Origin: Octopus sinensis
Lineage: Eukaryota
Length of the DNA: 64,000 bases
Assembly (NCBI RefSeq): GCF_006345805.1
Contig: NC_042999.1
Location: forward strand, 89,218,001-89,282,000
Direction: 5' to 3'
Under the pieces are notes generated by a model, which saw nothing but the letters and a program-made list of their open reading frames with translations, was not told the origin of the DNA and did no database searches. Each line of letters starts with the position of its first letter. The stretch's first letter is position 1. Below are positions 39,428 to 51,518 of the stretch, one piece after another. The position numbers and the translations under genes were made by a program.

Positions 39428-40439
39428 TTCATACTATCGAAGAATATCTACTTTTGAGATGTTGGCCGTGATTGCAATTGGGCGACTTTTAGCAAAGTCT
39501 AAGGGATTGCCTTTCTTTTGAATGGGATGCACTGAATTATATTTCCGAACGTAAGCATATAACCAAGGTAATTTGCATACTTTATACAAGAATGAGCTAA
39601 GGGAAACAAATCAGAGTGGCTAGCGGCATATATATGAACTTTCTTTCTCTCTCCTCTCTCTCCTTTCTCTCTCTCTCTCTCTCACACACACACACGTATA
39701 TATTCATACTTATATAGAGACAGATAGATACGTATATAGTCAATAATCATCCATTCATTCATTACCTCTACCCTTCGTCTGTACTCTTTTGAGCGAATTG
39801 TCCGTCTGTTTTTCACTTTTTTGTCTGTCTGTGTGTCGTTTCATCTATTTCTGCCTCTTTTTTCTCCACTATTCTCTTTCTTTCCTTCATGCACGCACAC
39901 ACAGACACACAGAGAGAGACACAGGCACAAACACAGACACACACAGGCACACATCTATTTTTCTTCTCTCGATTGTCTCTGTAGCATGTATCTTTATAGA
40001 GAAAGGTAGCACAATATTTTGGGATAAGTGAAAGGGCATTGTCAAGACCGATGACCTAATTGGTTTGATGTGACTGAAGGTACTTCCGAATGGAAAGTAG
40101 TGAAACTAGATCTGACCAAGAGACTTAATTCTCGCTGGTTTACTTCACCTAAATCCACAGAGAAACCGCCTTTAAAAGTACAGCTAGTCGCTGTAAGAAA
40201 CACATATACGAAACAATATAATACTTTTTTAATTAGGGGCCACTTTGTCATAATTATACACTGTGATTAAGAGTGTGAGCAATCCATTAGCTTCTATTAC
40301 TATGTTGAAAGCAATTGAAGAGTCAAATGAAAGTAACAGGAAGCTGTTCCAAAACTCATCCTCAGATTACAGTCCATACAGTTTCTTTTAGTAACGACTA
40401 GTCAAGCTTTTGAAACACCAACTTTTTCTTTTCTACATA

Positions 40440-40870
40440 TAATAATAATAATGAAATTATTGTATACAGTGCTCAGGTGCACCACAACTTGTCAAAAGTG
40501 CGTATAAAGCATATGCAGTAATGTACAAATGTCTGGAAAGTGAACAGTGTCAGATATATGCTTGCGTGTGTATGGAGGGGAGAAAATCAGGTGTAGCGTT
40601 GGCGAATTTCAGGAAGCATGGAAGTTTTGAAGGATGCATTACTCCGACAACTAACAACTGATGCCGGCAGTTTGTTCCATACTTCAGCAACTCTTAGCGT
40701 GAAAATTTGTTTCCGAAAGTCATGGGAGCTGTGCTGTTTTCTGACTTTGTAAACATGTCCACGGGTGTTAAACAGGTGGAGTTTGAAAAGCTGCTCAGAG
40801 TTATTGTTAGTAAGATGGTTAATAATAATAAAAGGTAGCATCTAGTTGTTCTAATATTTGTCAGATATTT
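40440..40870 (-). pseudogene. CR1 LINE 3' end
   Basis: NTRGHVYKVRKQHSSHDFRKQIFTLRVAEVWNKLPASVVSCRSNASFK matches RGH..K.....R...F..RV...WN.LP..VV...S...FK; (TTA)n-like tail. Confidence 0.85.
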
Positions 40871-41747
40871 TCGTGATTTGCTTAGTTTGCAGCAAGCTTG
40901 ACAATAACCCCCTCCCTTACATGAATCCTTATCGAGATTATCTCTCATATGAGCTTATTGTATAGTTATTACATAGCTTCATCATCTAAATGAAGAGCCT
41001 CTCCTTGGTGTCTGAAAGAATTTCCAGATATTGTTTTTGTTGTATATTCTTCTTTGTTTTACATCAAATATGTGTTGGTACAACGAAAGCTTGAAGTAAA
41101 GACAGTATAGTGAAACCTCTCCCTTTTTTTTGTTTTTGAAATACTAACACCTTTTACCATCTTTGCTTTTAACATCAACCTACCTCATCTCCCTTACACT
41201 CCACTCTCTCTACTTTAGAGTTTGGCATAAATACACTGATGTTACTGATTTTCTGTGGATGCTGCCACTTTCGATATGATGCTGCTCATCCTTCATATAC
41301 CTATGTATGTGCATGAACATTTATGATGTATATATATATGCATATATATCATTATCAGCATCATCATCTTTATTTAACATCCATGTTCTGTGCTGGCATG
41401 GGTTGGACGTCTTGACAGGATGCGATGAGTCCAAGGACGGAACCGTGCTCCAGTGTCTGCTTTACCGAAGGAATGATGAGAAGATCACAAAGAAGTAAAA
41501 ACTATAAATTCTTCGATCACTTTTTCGCTCTTAGCTCTATTTCTCTTCCTTTCTGGGGTCTTTTTAAAATGGATTGTTACTTAAGTATAGCCGGTCATTT
41601 CAGTCTTCATTCTAAATACGGTGGCGATTAATTTAGTTAATGTCCACCTGGCAACACACTCACATAATCTGATGCAATGAGACCATATACCTATAAAGAA
41701 AAGTGTAGTAATAGACGCAGTGTAGTAATAGGCGCAGTGTAGTAATA

Positions 41748-42157
41748 GGCGCAGGAGTGGCTGTGTGGTAAGTAGCTTGTCTACCAACCACATGGTTCCG
41801 GGTTCAGTCCCACTGCGTGGCACCTTGGGCAAGTGTCTTCTACTATAGCCTCGCCCGACCAAAGCCTTGTGAGTGGATTTGGTAGACGGAAACTGAAAGA
41901 AGCCCGTCGTATATATGTATATATATATGCGTGGGTGTGTTTCTGTGTCTGTATTTGTCCCCCTAGCATTGCTTGACAACCGATGCTGGTATATTTATGT
42001 CCCCGTTACTTAGCGGTTCGGCAAAAGAGACCGATAAAATAAGTACTGGGCTTACAAAAGAATAAGTCCCGGGGTCGAGTTGCTCGATTAAAGGCGGTGC
42101 TCCAGCATGGCCGCAGTCAAATGACTGAAACAAGTAAAAGAGTAAAAGAGTAAAGAG
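41748..42157 (+). mobile_element. SINE family B, full length
   Basis: Head and tail present; possible TSD AGTAATA at 41741-41747 and 42158-42164. Confidence 0.85.
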
Positions 42158-42327
42158 AGTAATACCAAATCAACATTTTTACGACAATTGATTGCATTCA
42201 AACAAAATGTAAAATAATTTACAATAAAAAATATATATATATAAGAAAATGTTAAAAAAAACACTTCTAAGGATGTTGTAGTGCATTCATATTCCTATCG
42301 TTTAAATATATATATATATATATATAT

Positions 42328-42518
42328 TTCATAGTATTTTTCCGATGGTCGGATAACTGAAGAGATGACGGCGTGGATTTCCACCTCGGCATCCGAAACT
42401 CGGAGTTTTATCATGGCTACCGAATAATTGTCACTTATTACATTTACAGATAAATTCCTCTATTTACATAATATCGAGGTCTCTTTCTTTCTTTTGTTGT
42501 CTTACCTTTTTTTATCAA
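42328..42518 (+). mobile_element. (TA)n-embedded short element with hammerhead
   Basis: Bounded on both sides by (TA)n; hammerhead ~25 nt from its 5' edge. Confidence 0.7.
42352..42412 (+). ncRNA. Minimal type I hammerhead ribozyme with extended stem II
   Basis: GAUAA-CUGAAGA-GAUG..GUGG(AUUU)CCAC..CAUC C-GAAA-CUC G GAG-UU-UUAUC: 5-bp stem I, intact core, quasi-palindromic stem III. Confidence 0.75.
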
Positions 42519-43200
42519 TATATATATATATATATAAATTGTGAAGTTCTTCAAGAGAAGGAGTGAATATCAAAGGATAAAGTAAGGAATGATTTGCTAG
42601 ATGATGTGCGCTAATAAAAATGTTCAAAATTCTATTTAACCGAAATTTTCTTCTTGGAGAAAGAAACTAAGAAAGTTTGCGCACTTGCGTATTGCCGTTG
42701 TCACTTAGCTCCTAAACAGTCGAAGTTGAGTAAACCTGTGATTAAATATGTTCAATCTATGACCGTATCGATATTTTCTCATATGTAGTATAACTTGGAC
42801 AATACTATTGAAATTCTTCTGCTTGTAAGACAATAAGGCATAATTTGAGGAAGATTTAACAGATATTTCTAGCAGGTTGAGCAAGCACATAGAACAGAGG
42901 TGGGGAACTTTTACAGTATCAAGAGGCGAGTAGCGAAAGTAGAAGTACCCGTGGGAGCACATATCTGCAAAGATATGTAACTTGGATTAAATTACTGTTT
43001 TGGTCTTAATGCTTAAACCGTTTTTTGCAAATGGATTTTTAGAAACTTTGTCAGCGGGCGGTTTCGAATTTGTATGCAGGCGAAATTTCATCCATAACCG
43101 AGGGGTTCCAGACACTTACATACAGGATCCCTCGTTAGTTGCATTGTGTTACGTAACATCAGACAAGCGAGTAGATGTAATTCTTTCTGTTCGCTTAGAT

Positions 43201-43620
43201 CAGCGGTTCTCAAACTATGGGTCGCGACCCACATTAGTTTGTGGTATATTTCTGAAAGAGTCATGAAAAAAAAAAAAACTTCTACTTTTAAAATATTTTG
43301 TTAAATATATAATATTCGTGGTTTTGTTATTCAATAAACTAGAAGGTTTTTAATAATATATATTTTTGAATGCAACATAAGAATACAACATAAAATCTAC
43401 AAAACATTACAAAATGTAGGAATCGAATACAATTGTCGGTTTTGATTCTACCTTTGCAGAGTATTATGATACATTCGGTCTCGGAGAGTTCCTGGTTGAT
43501 TTTGAAGCTCACCCAATACTTAAGCTGATATGATCTTCAAGTAATTCTTTCAAGCGATTTTTAAGAAAACCGAAACCTAGCCTTTTCATACACATAGCCT
43601 CAAATATAGAATCTGTTTAC
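43201..43620 (-). pseudogene. hAT (Charlie-like) relic
   Basis: TIR-like CAGCGGTTCTCAAAC at 43201; decayed YL(C)..KG.S...KNRL dimerisation-domain motif on the - strand. Confidence 0.45.
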
Positions 43621-43780
43621 TATTTATATACAGTTAAAGACACCCCAGGACATCAGGACTAGACGATAACTATGCTTTTTACATGAATATAGATATATAT
43701 AAAAGGATTAATGGTCGCAAAGATATTTTTCTGAGCCGTATAGATAGGAACTCGATATATGATACTCATATAGCATAATT

Positions 43781-43966
43781 TTTTCTACTCTAGGCACAAG
43801 GCCCGAAATTTTGGGGCAGGGAGCCAGTCGATTAGGTCAACCCCAGTACGAAACCGGTACTTAATTTATCGACCTCGACAGGATGAAAGGCAAAGTCGAC
43901 CTCGACGGAATTTGAACTCAGAACGTAGCGGCAGACGATATACCGCTAAGCATTTCGCCCGGCGTG
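43781..43966 (-). mobile_element. Meta-like SINE
   Basis: Reverse complement of the same unit; further copies at 46408-46600, 50290-50410, 57600-57720, 61480-61620 (-) and 62290-62420. Confidence 0.8.
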
Positions 43967-44689
43967 ACATATAGTATGATATAGCAGCTTGGTGTCGTAA
44001 TATATATATTATATCGTCCAACTGATAACTCAAATCGTGACAGTAGATTAAAGAAAAGCTTTAAAATGATAAAAGAAATACTAACGAAAGTGAATGAATA
44101 CATTAATGCATTTATGTTAGGCGACTTCTTCAACTTTCCCAACATCAGATGGCCTGGAGACAATATACTTCCAGGAAAGTCTCTCAAAGAACAGAATCAA
44201 ACAGAATCTTTAACTTATACCGCTTAAAAGTTGTTTACAGAATAAGTAATACTGTTCCCGATCAGAAGCAATGCCATCTTAGGTCTCTGCTTCACCAATA
44301 ACGTAGAACTTATCCACATTGTGAAGGTTGGGGTTGTCTTGTTTAGAACTTTGAGCATAGATCCTCTCAGATAGAGCTAACCTGGGGTTAAGTAAAAATT
44401 TTATTAAAATAGCAAAATAGTTTATGCCGGCAGGATGTATTACACATCTAATACCGAAGTGGTTAAAAATAACTGGTTAACTCATACGTGTGTGAAAGAA
44501 TATCTACAGATTTGCAACAGTGACACTAAGATATTAACCATTGTTCATGTAAACGGTACATTACTCTCATATTCCCATTGGTTATGTTTATTTCTCTTTA
44601 TTTTCTCTGCTGCAAAGGAAATGCTCTTTGGCTCATATTTCACTTAAAGATCGCTGCGAAACTTAAACCGATCATTTGGCAACGAAAAT

Positions 44690-44735
44690 AATAATAATAA
44701 TAATAATAATGATAATAATAATAATAATAATAATA

Positions 44736-44794
<59 letters not shown>

Positions 44795-44828
44795 GTAACA
44801 ACAAAAACAACAACAATAATAATAATAG
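44690..44828. repeat. (TAA)n/(CAA)n microsatellite
   Basis: Direct reading. Other long simple repeats: (CATA)n ~5400-5520, (GATA)n ~24280-24375 and ~26085-26172, (TATC)n ~34970-35030 and ~38700-38795, (CTA)n ~63625-63665. Confidence 0.95.
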
Positions 44829-46689
44829 GAGAAAATAAAATAAATATAATAAAATAAACATAATTAAGCTAAAGAAATTATGAAACTTAATAGAACTGAA
44901 AAAATACATAGGCAAAATATAAATAAAATGTAGAAAAATAAACTAAAGAAATACATTTATTTAATAGACTAAATTTTTGCTCGGATATTTAGTGTTAATG
45001 TTGTTTTAATCTTCCACTGTTATAGGTTGACAACCCGTCCGAAGCATTGGATTTCAATAGCGTCAGAATGTCGGTAAATGGTGAATGAAAGAATTTAAAG
45101 CAAAACAATATTTCGTCTTAATATACGTGGGAAAGTCGGAAAGATAAAACAATATTAAAAAACATTATGTATATTATTTTTATCTTTTATTTTCTTTCCC
45201 TATTATTTCTTTCTTTGTTTATTGTTTATTTATTTATTTTTGAGAAAGATGATGCGGATGTAAGAACATTCGGTTGAAGAACTAATATCGTTTTATTATG
45301 TTTTCCAATTCTCACATATTGATTGCTAAATTAATTGAATAAAAACTTTTTTTATATCAATTTGCAGTTTTTGTTTTTTGTCATTCAACAGTGGTCACAC
45401 TATAACTAAGTCTGTAAGTATTTTACACAATCATAGTAGGAATTTCTGCTTGGTATACATATCAATCTTCATTTATCGGAAGACGAAGTGTCTATTTAGA
45501 ACCAAAATTCAACACTCCGATTTGCAATGTTAAGCATAAACACACGTAAATGCTGGCGCACATACTTGCGTATATACGAATAAATTTATGTACTCAAAAC
45601 ATATATACACACACACATACACATACATATCCTTATACACACACACTCATATGTATGTACGTACGTACGTATGTATGTATGTATGTATGTATGTATGTAT
45701 GTATGTATGTATGTATGTATGTACGTATGTATATTGTGCATTGTTCGCTTGTTGATATGAAAAGTACTCAGTTCAGCGAGAGATAAATGTCATTTAATGA
45801 ATACAAGAGTTATTCGTGAGCTACTTCAAGTTTCATGTTGCAATAATACAATAACTGAACAGGCTTGTATGGCGTACCGTGCTCGATTTGGCAATCTTTT
45901 AAACTCAGATGGCATGGTTACACCATAATAAGTTGCGAGAGAAAACCAGAAAAATTTGCGAGTAAAAAGTGAAAACGTTGAGAAACTTTTTAAGGGAGAG
46001 GGGGATAATTCCTTTCATTAAATCTAGGTTGTATCCCTTTAACCTGTTGAATGGAAAATATTGTTCATGTTGAGTGCTTACATTTTTTAGAAAGTTCGGT
46101 TTATGAAACTCACATATATACATTAAGAGACCTGTCACTGCTCTCCTACACTGTTTAAAAGCGTGATAGCCAACATCAGTTATATCTAAATCTCTTCTCT
46201 TCAAAGGAAATATCTGATAAAAGTGTCTACTTTTATAGCAATGCTCTAGCTAACAGCAGCTTCAAAGATATCTTACAAACAGCCCTTCAATTGAAAATAT
46301 GAAACCTAAAAACAGACCTAGGAAAATGATATGGTTTGTCCCGCCCTTTCTCTTTAAATGTCAAAACTAAGCAAGAAATCTCCGGCGTTATTAGAGAAAC
46401 ATTTTAAGCGACGAATTGGCAGATTCATTACCGGCATTTCGCCCGTCGCTACGTTCTGAGTTCAAATGCAGCTGGAGTTGATTTTGCCTTTCATATTTCC
46501 TGGGTCTATAAAATAAGTACCAGTTTAACGTTGATGTAAACGATTTACTCGCTTCCCTGAAATTGCTGGCCTTGTACCAAAATGTGAAGTCATTATTAGA
46601 GAAAAGTTTTAATAAATGATCGATAAAGATTTTATACAACTGTTGCCTCAACATGAAGGACATTATCATTCCTAAGCCTCATCAGAAAC

Positions 46690-47290
46690 CGACGCTTAGT
46701 TGTAACTGAAGCTGTCCCGCTCTATCAGGCATGCTTCATAAACTTGATCAGGAGTGCTTGATAGACTCATTCGTTATTGCTGCTGTACTCCAAGATAACG
46801 TAAGCGAAAAGAAAAATGACGTCGGTTTATGTGAAGACAAATTTAAAAGACGATATGCAAACCACCAAGCTATGCGTAGCTGAAAGACTGAACATTCGTT
46901 TTAGATCCAAGAGTTTCACCTGACTACTTAATGCTAGATCCAAAAGTTTTAGCAAATGCAAGCAGATGGACAAACTTGTTTTGTCGAACTGGTGCATATC
47001 GCCCTCACCAAATGAAGTAATTGTCTCACAAACTTTGGCCTCCCCGTTGAATTATATAGCCCTTGGTTTTATTTCTCTTTTTCTGTTTTTATTCAGCTTT
47101 TGTTTTCTTGTTAAACTTTTGGCATCAACCTTCTTCTCGTGTTTTCTCAGAGACCAGAGCTCTAGTTTTCAGAGAGGACTAACCATGTGTATTGAGCCTG
47201 AATGATTGCTTGGAGTGACAAGACACTATATAAATAAGCTTAAATTTTGAGTTTTCACGGCATGAAACTATTATAAGTTCATATTTAAAA
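46690..47290 (+). pseudogene. Penelope-like element GIY-YIG C-terminal relic with 3' region
   Basis: VGLCEDKFKRRYANH...LCVAERLNI...LLNARSKSFSKCKQMDKLVLSN matches PLE YIG...FK.RY.NH...LCL.EK..I...LLNKRSE..SKCRH.NK..L. Confidence 0.75.
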
Positions 47291-47571
47291 ATTGTTTAAC
47301 CCACAAGAGTAAACAAGAGAGACAGAGATAGGCAGAAACAAGGAAAATGCCTCTTGTATTTGAATACTGTACAAATATTCTTTTAAAAAACTTTTCTTAT
47401 GATTTTTCTAAAATTTAATTGTTTTCCATACTTAGTTGAAAATGACTGAAACCGGTACTGAAACGTTTTTTATAAAATTATTTTAGCATTTTCTACGTTG
47501 ACTTTTTTCCATATATATATGTACATATATATATATACATACACACACACGCACGCGCACACACACACACA

Positions 47572-47656
<85 letters not shown>

Positions 47657-47699
47657 ATATATATGCGTGTGTATGTATGTACATGTATATGCATAGTTA

Positions 47700-48152
47700 T
47701 ATGCAGACTTCAGACACAGAGAAAAGTCGACATCCTGAGCACTGAGGTGGTGGTCCACAAGTGCCGTTTACTTTGGACTGGACACAGTGTTCGGATGAAT
47801 GATCAGAGGACCCCTAAGCAGATGCTATATGGTGATTTTGTTTATGGAATGCCCTCCCAGGTATGTTTTAAGGATTGGGTAAAGTCCTCGTTGAATGCAT
47901 GTGAAATAGAAGAAACTAATAGTAAAGAAAAGAGTACGTATTTTTGGAGGGAAAAAAATCAAATTTTCCATGCAAAATTTAAGCGACCATTTCGAAAACG
48001 TACGGCCAGTAAGGACCTTTGGTCTGAATATCAGCAGACGTGTTATACATATCAAGAGCTGAGATCATTAGTCATCAGCAGAGCCATAAGTGTAAAGTAT
48101 AATTCTGTTTTTAATGATCAATGATAGTCACGAATGGACAGCCGTCATACAC
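47700..48152 (+). pseudogene. RTE-clade LINE 3' relic
   Basis: RLLWTGHSVRMNDQRTPKQMLYG matches RTE LRW.GHV.RM.D.R.PKQ.LYG. Confidence 0.85.
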
Positions 48153-48156
48153 ACCC

Positions 48157-48195
<39 letters not shown>

Positions 48196-48293
48196 ATATA
48201 TATATATAAAATTAATTAAGGGTAGAAATTGATATTTATCAATTAAGACCAGTGGTCTAGCATATTAAAAAAGAATCCGAAGATTAAAATATT

Positions 48294-48601
48294 TATATAT
48301 ACCAATAAAGGACTGAACACGAAAAGTGGACAGTCAACATGCTAGATATAGACGTCAAATCGCCATTCACCACAAAAGATTATGTTCTCAGATCAAACTC
48401 AACACAAAACCATAGCAATAAACAAGTGAAAAATATACGAAATAAAATGGGTAATTATTTTATTTCGTATATTTTTCACTTGTTTATTGCTATGGTTTTG
48501 TGTTGAGTTTGATCTGAGAACATAATCTTTTGTGGTGAATGGCGATTTGACGTCTATATCTAGCATGTTGACTGTCCACTTTTCGTGTTCAGTCCTTTAT
48601 T

Positions 48602-48611
<10 letters not shown>
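48294..48611. repeat. Perfect inverted repeat, 155-bp arms and 8-bp spacer
   Basis: 48294-48448 is the exact reverse complement of 48457-48611; spacer GGGTAATT. Confidence 0.95.
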
Positions 48612-48647
<36 letters not shown>

Positions 48648-49104
48648 ATATATGTATATATGTTATTTTAAATCGGCAGAATGTTACAAAAGTGACCTGA
48701 GTTTCAAGAGTTTCGTGCATGGCATATATTATGTAAGTATGTATTGAATACATATTTATTACGACAAAGGTTAATGAAGAAAAGAAATTTTAATGGAAAA
48801 AAAAATACTTGATTCGAAATACTGGAATAAAGCAATACAAAGAAAAACAGAAGAGATTAGTTTATAGCAAAGTATGCTTGTAAGAATACTAATTTATTTA
48901 GTGATATTAAATATGTTTTAAATACAGTATTAAGTACTGTGAAAATGTTTAGGTACATTGTATTGAATGAAGTACAAGTCACCTCAGTATTTAATGAAAT
49001 GGCTGGGACACTTTAGTTTCTGGATAAACTGATACATTATAAATCAGATAAGCTTGAGTAACGGCAATGAATTATTAACTTTAGTACATAGCTTATACGT
49101 TGCA

Positions 49105-49139
<35 letters not shown>

Positions 49140-51472
49140 ACAGAACTATGGCCGAGCGGTTAAGCACTTCGCTTCCCTATCCCAGTCTCCCACGTTCGAG
49201 TTCAATCCCACCATGCGGTTTCTTGATCAAGTTTCTTTTAATATAGCTCTAATTCGACTTGATCCCAGTAAGTGAAACTGGCGAGGCAGAAATTGAGTGT
49301 AAGCCTGTCGTGTTCAAGGTATATAAACTTGAAAGTCTCGCCTTATCACACACTATGTAATGATGATTCGACTTGGGAATTACGTTTAGGCTGCTTGTAT
49401 CTGTAGAATGCTAAGTTACTTTAATGTGAATTTAACAAGTAAGGTAGTTCAATTGACCAAACGCCTTAGTTCTTATAGATTTTGACAATGTGCACTCAGC
49501 AGTCGGCAGCAGTCGTGTGTATATTTATAGTATATTTATATGCGTACATATGATTGAGTGTTTTTGTGTTTTCTTATGCATATGTATTCATTTATCTGTG
49601 ATATTTCACCTCAAAGAATTGAACACTCAGAGACACATTCAGTATTTTCTTCTTTAATTATTTTACCCGGTCTGTGGCTTTGCTCAGCTCTCGTCTCCTA
49701 GCGTATATTCGACTTCATCTTTTAGTCAGTATTTTATCGACCGGAAAGCCAAAATATATCAGGGCGAAATTTGAAACTAAAAGGTAAAGAAATAGACATG
49801 ACCAACTAAGACAGGCTGTTTGATAAGAGTAAAAGCAACCAATGTTTAACTCTTTGACTGTTCTTTGCACTATATGTGATGCAACGAACATCATCTTAAA
49901 AAATTTGTGCTTATGTATATGGTGTAAAGTAACAAATTTTCCGTCTAGCATGTATTAATTTATGTTATTACCTTAATTATTTGTGCAATCTTACCTTCGC
50001 ACAAAACATATGATGGAAATTTTGATGGAAGTTGCATTGTTAGTATTTTCACTCACCAAATAAATCTTGTTTTTCATAATGTAGACTAGATATAAGTATT
50101 TTAATTGTAATATTTAAAAAAAATCTTATATGAATCCAAAAGCAAAAATGAAACCATTTAGGAAATCTTTTCTTCTTTTTCAAAATACAGATCAAATTTT
50201 TGTTATAGATTATTTATCTACATAATTAAATATTTCTTGATATAAGAACCTTATCGGTAATGCCAGTACAAGATGCTGAAAACGATCCCTAAATTCCCTG
50301 ACGTCGGCTTGCCTTTTATTCTTTCGGGGTCGATAAAATAAGTACTAGCCGAGCACTGGAGCCATTGTAATCGACTTCAATACCTTTCAAAAATGCTGGC
50401 CTTGCGCCAAAATAAGAGAAGATTATTAATACATATCATGTTTTATAACCCACGTTGCTTTTATTAAACCGCTACACTTTTTGTGGACTGGTAAACGTTG
50501 CGTATTTTTGATATATTCGCTCTTGCTATTCTATGATAATATAAATATATATTAGAAGACATCTAGACTAAAAACACTAAAATCCAACACCCAACGTTTT
50601 TTCTATTGTTAGCACAAAATAGAGCTGTGGTAAGAAAGTCTTCCGTCATTGCTTTACCATAGGATAAAAAGGATATACAAACAGGTTAGACTGTAATACA
50701 TTCTAAGTAATGCTGATATCGGCCTTGGTTATAAAATATAAATTTATATCATTATAAAATTTAAAGAAACTATTGCATTACTATATTTGGATAAGTCAGT
50801 TGGCAAAAATGTCATGTCGTCACTACTATGAAGAGTTAACTTACATAAATAAGTAAATTTTTGTAAATACTTTAGTCGTGTTTAAATATCTCATCATGAA
50901 ACCAATGTATAAACTTTGAAAGTTACAGGAGGAGAATTATTCATAGAGCTTATTTTTGTTTATCGTACATGCTTTAATTATTGATTCCTTTCCACCAACG
51001 CGAGGACGAACAGCTCAGATCTGAAGAGGGTAGAACATGAAATACTGAAATATAAAACTAAGGCAGATGATCAGAATATAGTTTCAATCAAAGTCAACAA
51101 TAGATATGTTTAAAACTCGGCGTTAAATACTGTAATGTATTGAGACTAACGCCGAATTAAATGAATATTAACGAGAAAACCTATTCTGTGTAATAAGCAT
51201 TTATTGCTTAATGTATGAACGGAAACATCTTGTGGGTTGAAGATAGACAAAATAGCAAAAACAATATGGAAAGAAAGAAACATGAGTGGATGAAAATAAG
51301 AAAGGAAGCGAGGAGGTGGGAGAAAGTGTAGAAAATAGCTGGGAAAAAGAAAGGAACAGAGAGAAGTAGACAGAAAAGATATGCCAGAAAGTATGTGCGA
51401 GTGATAAAAGAAGAGAGATGGAAAAAGTAATACGAGATATGAGGAATAGAGAAACGAAAAAATAAGGAAACG

Positions 51473-51518
<46 letters not shown>

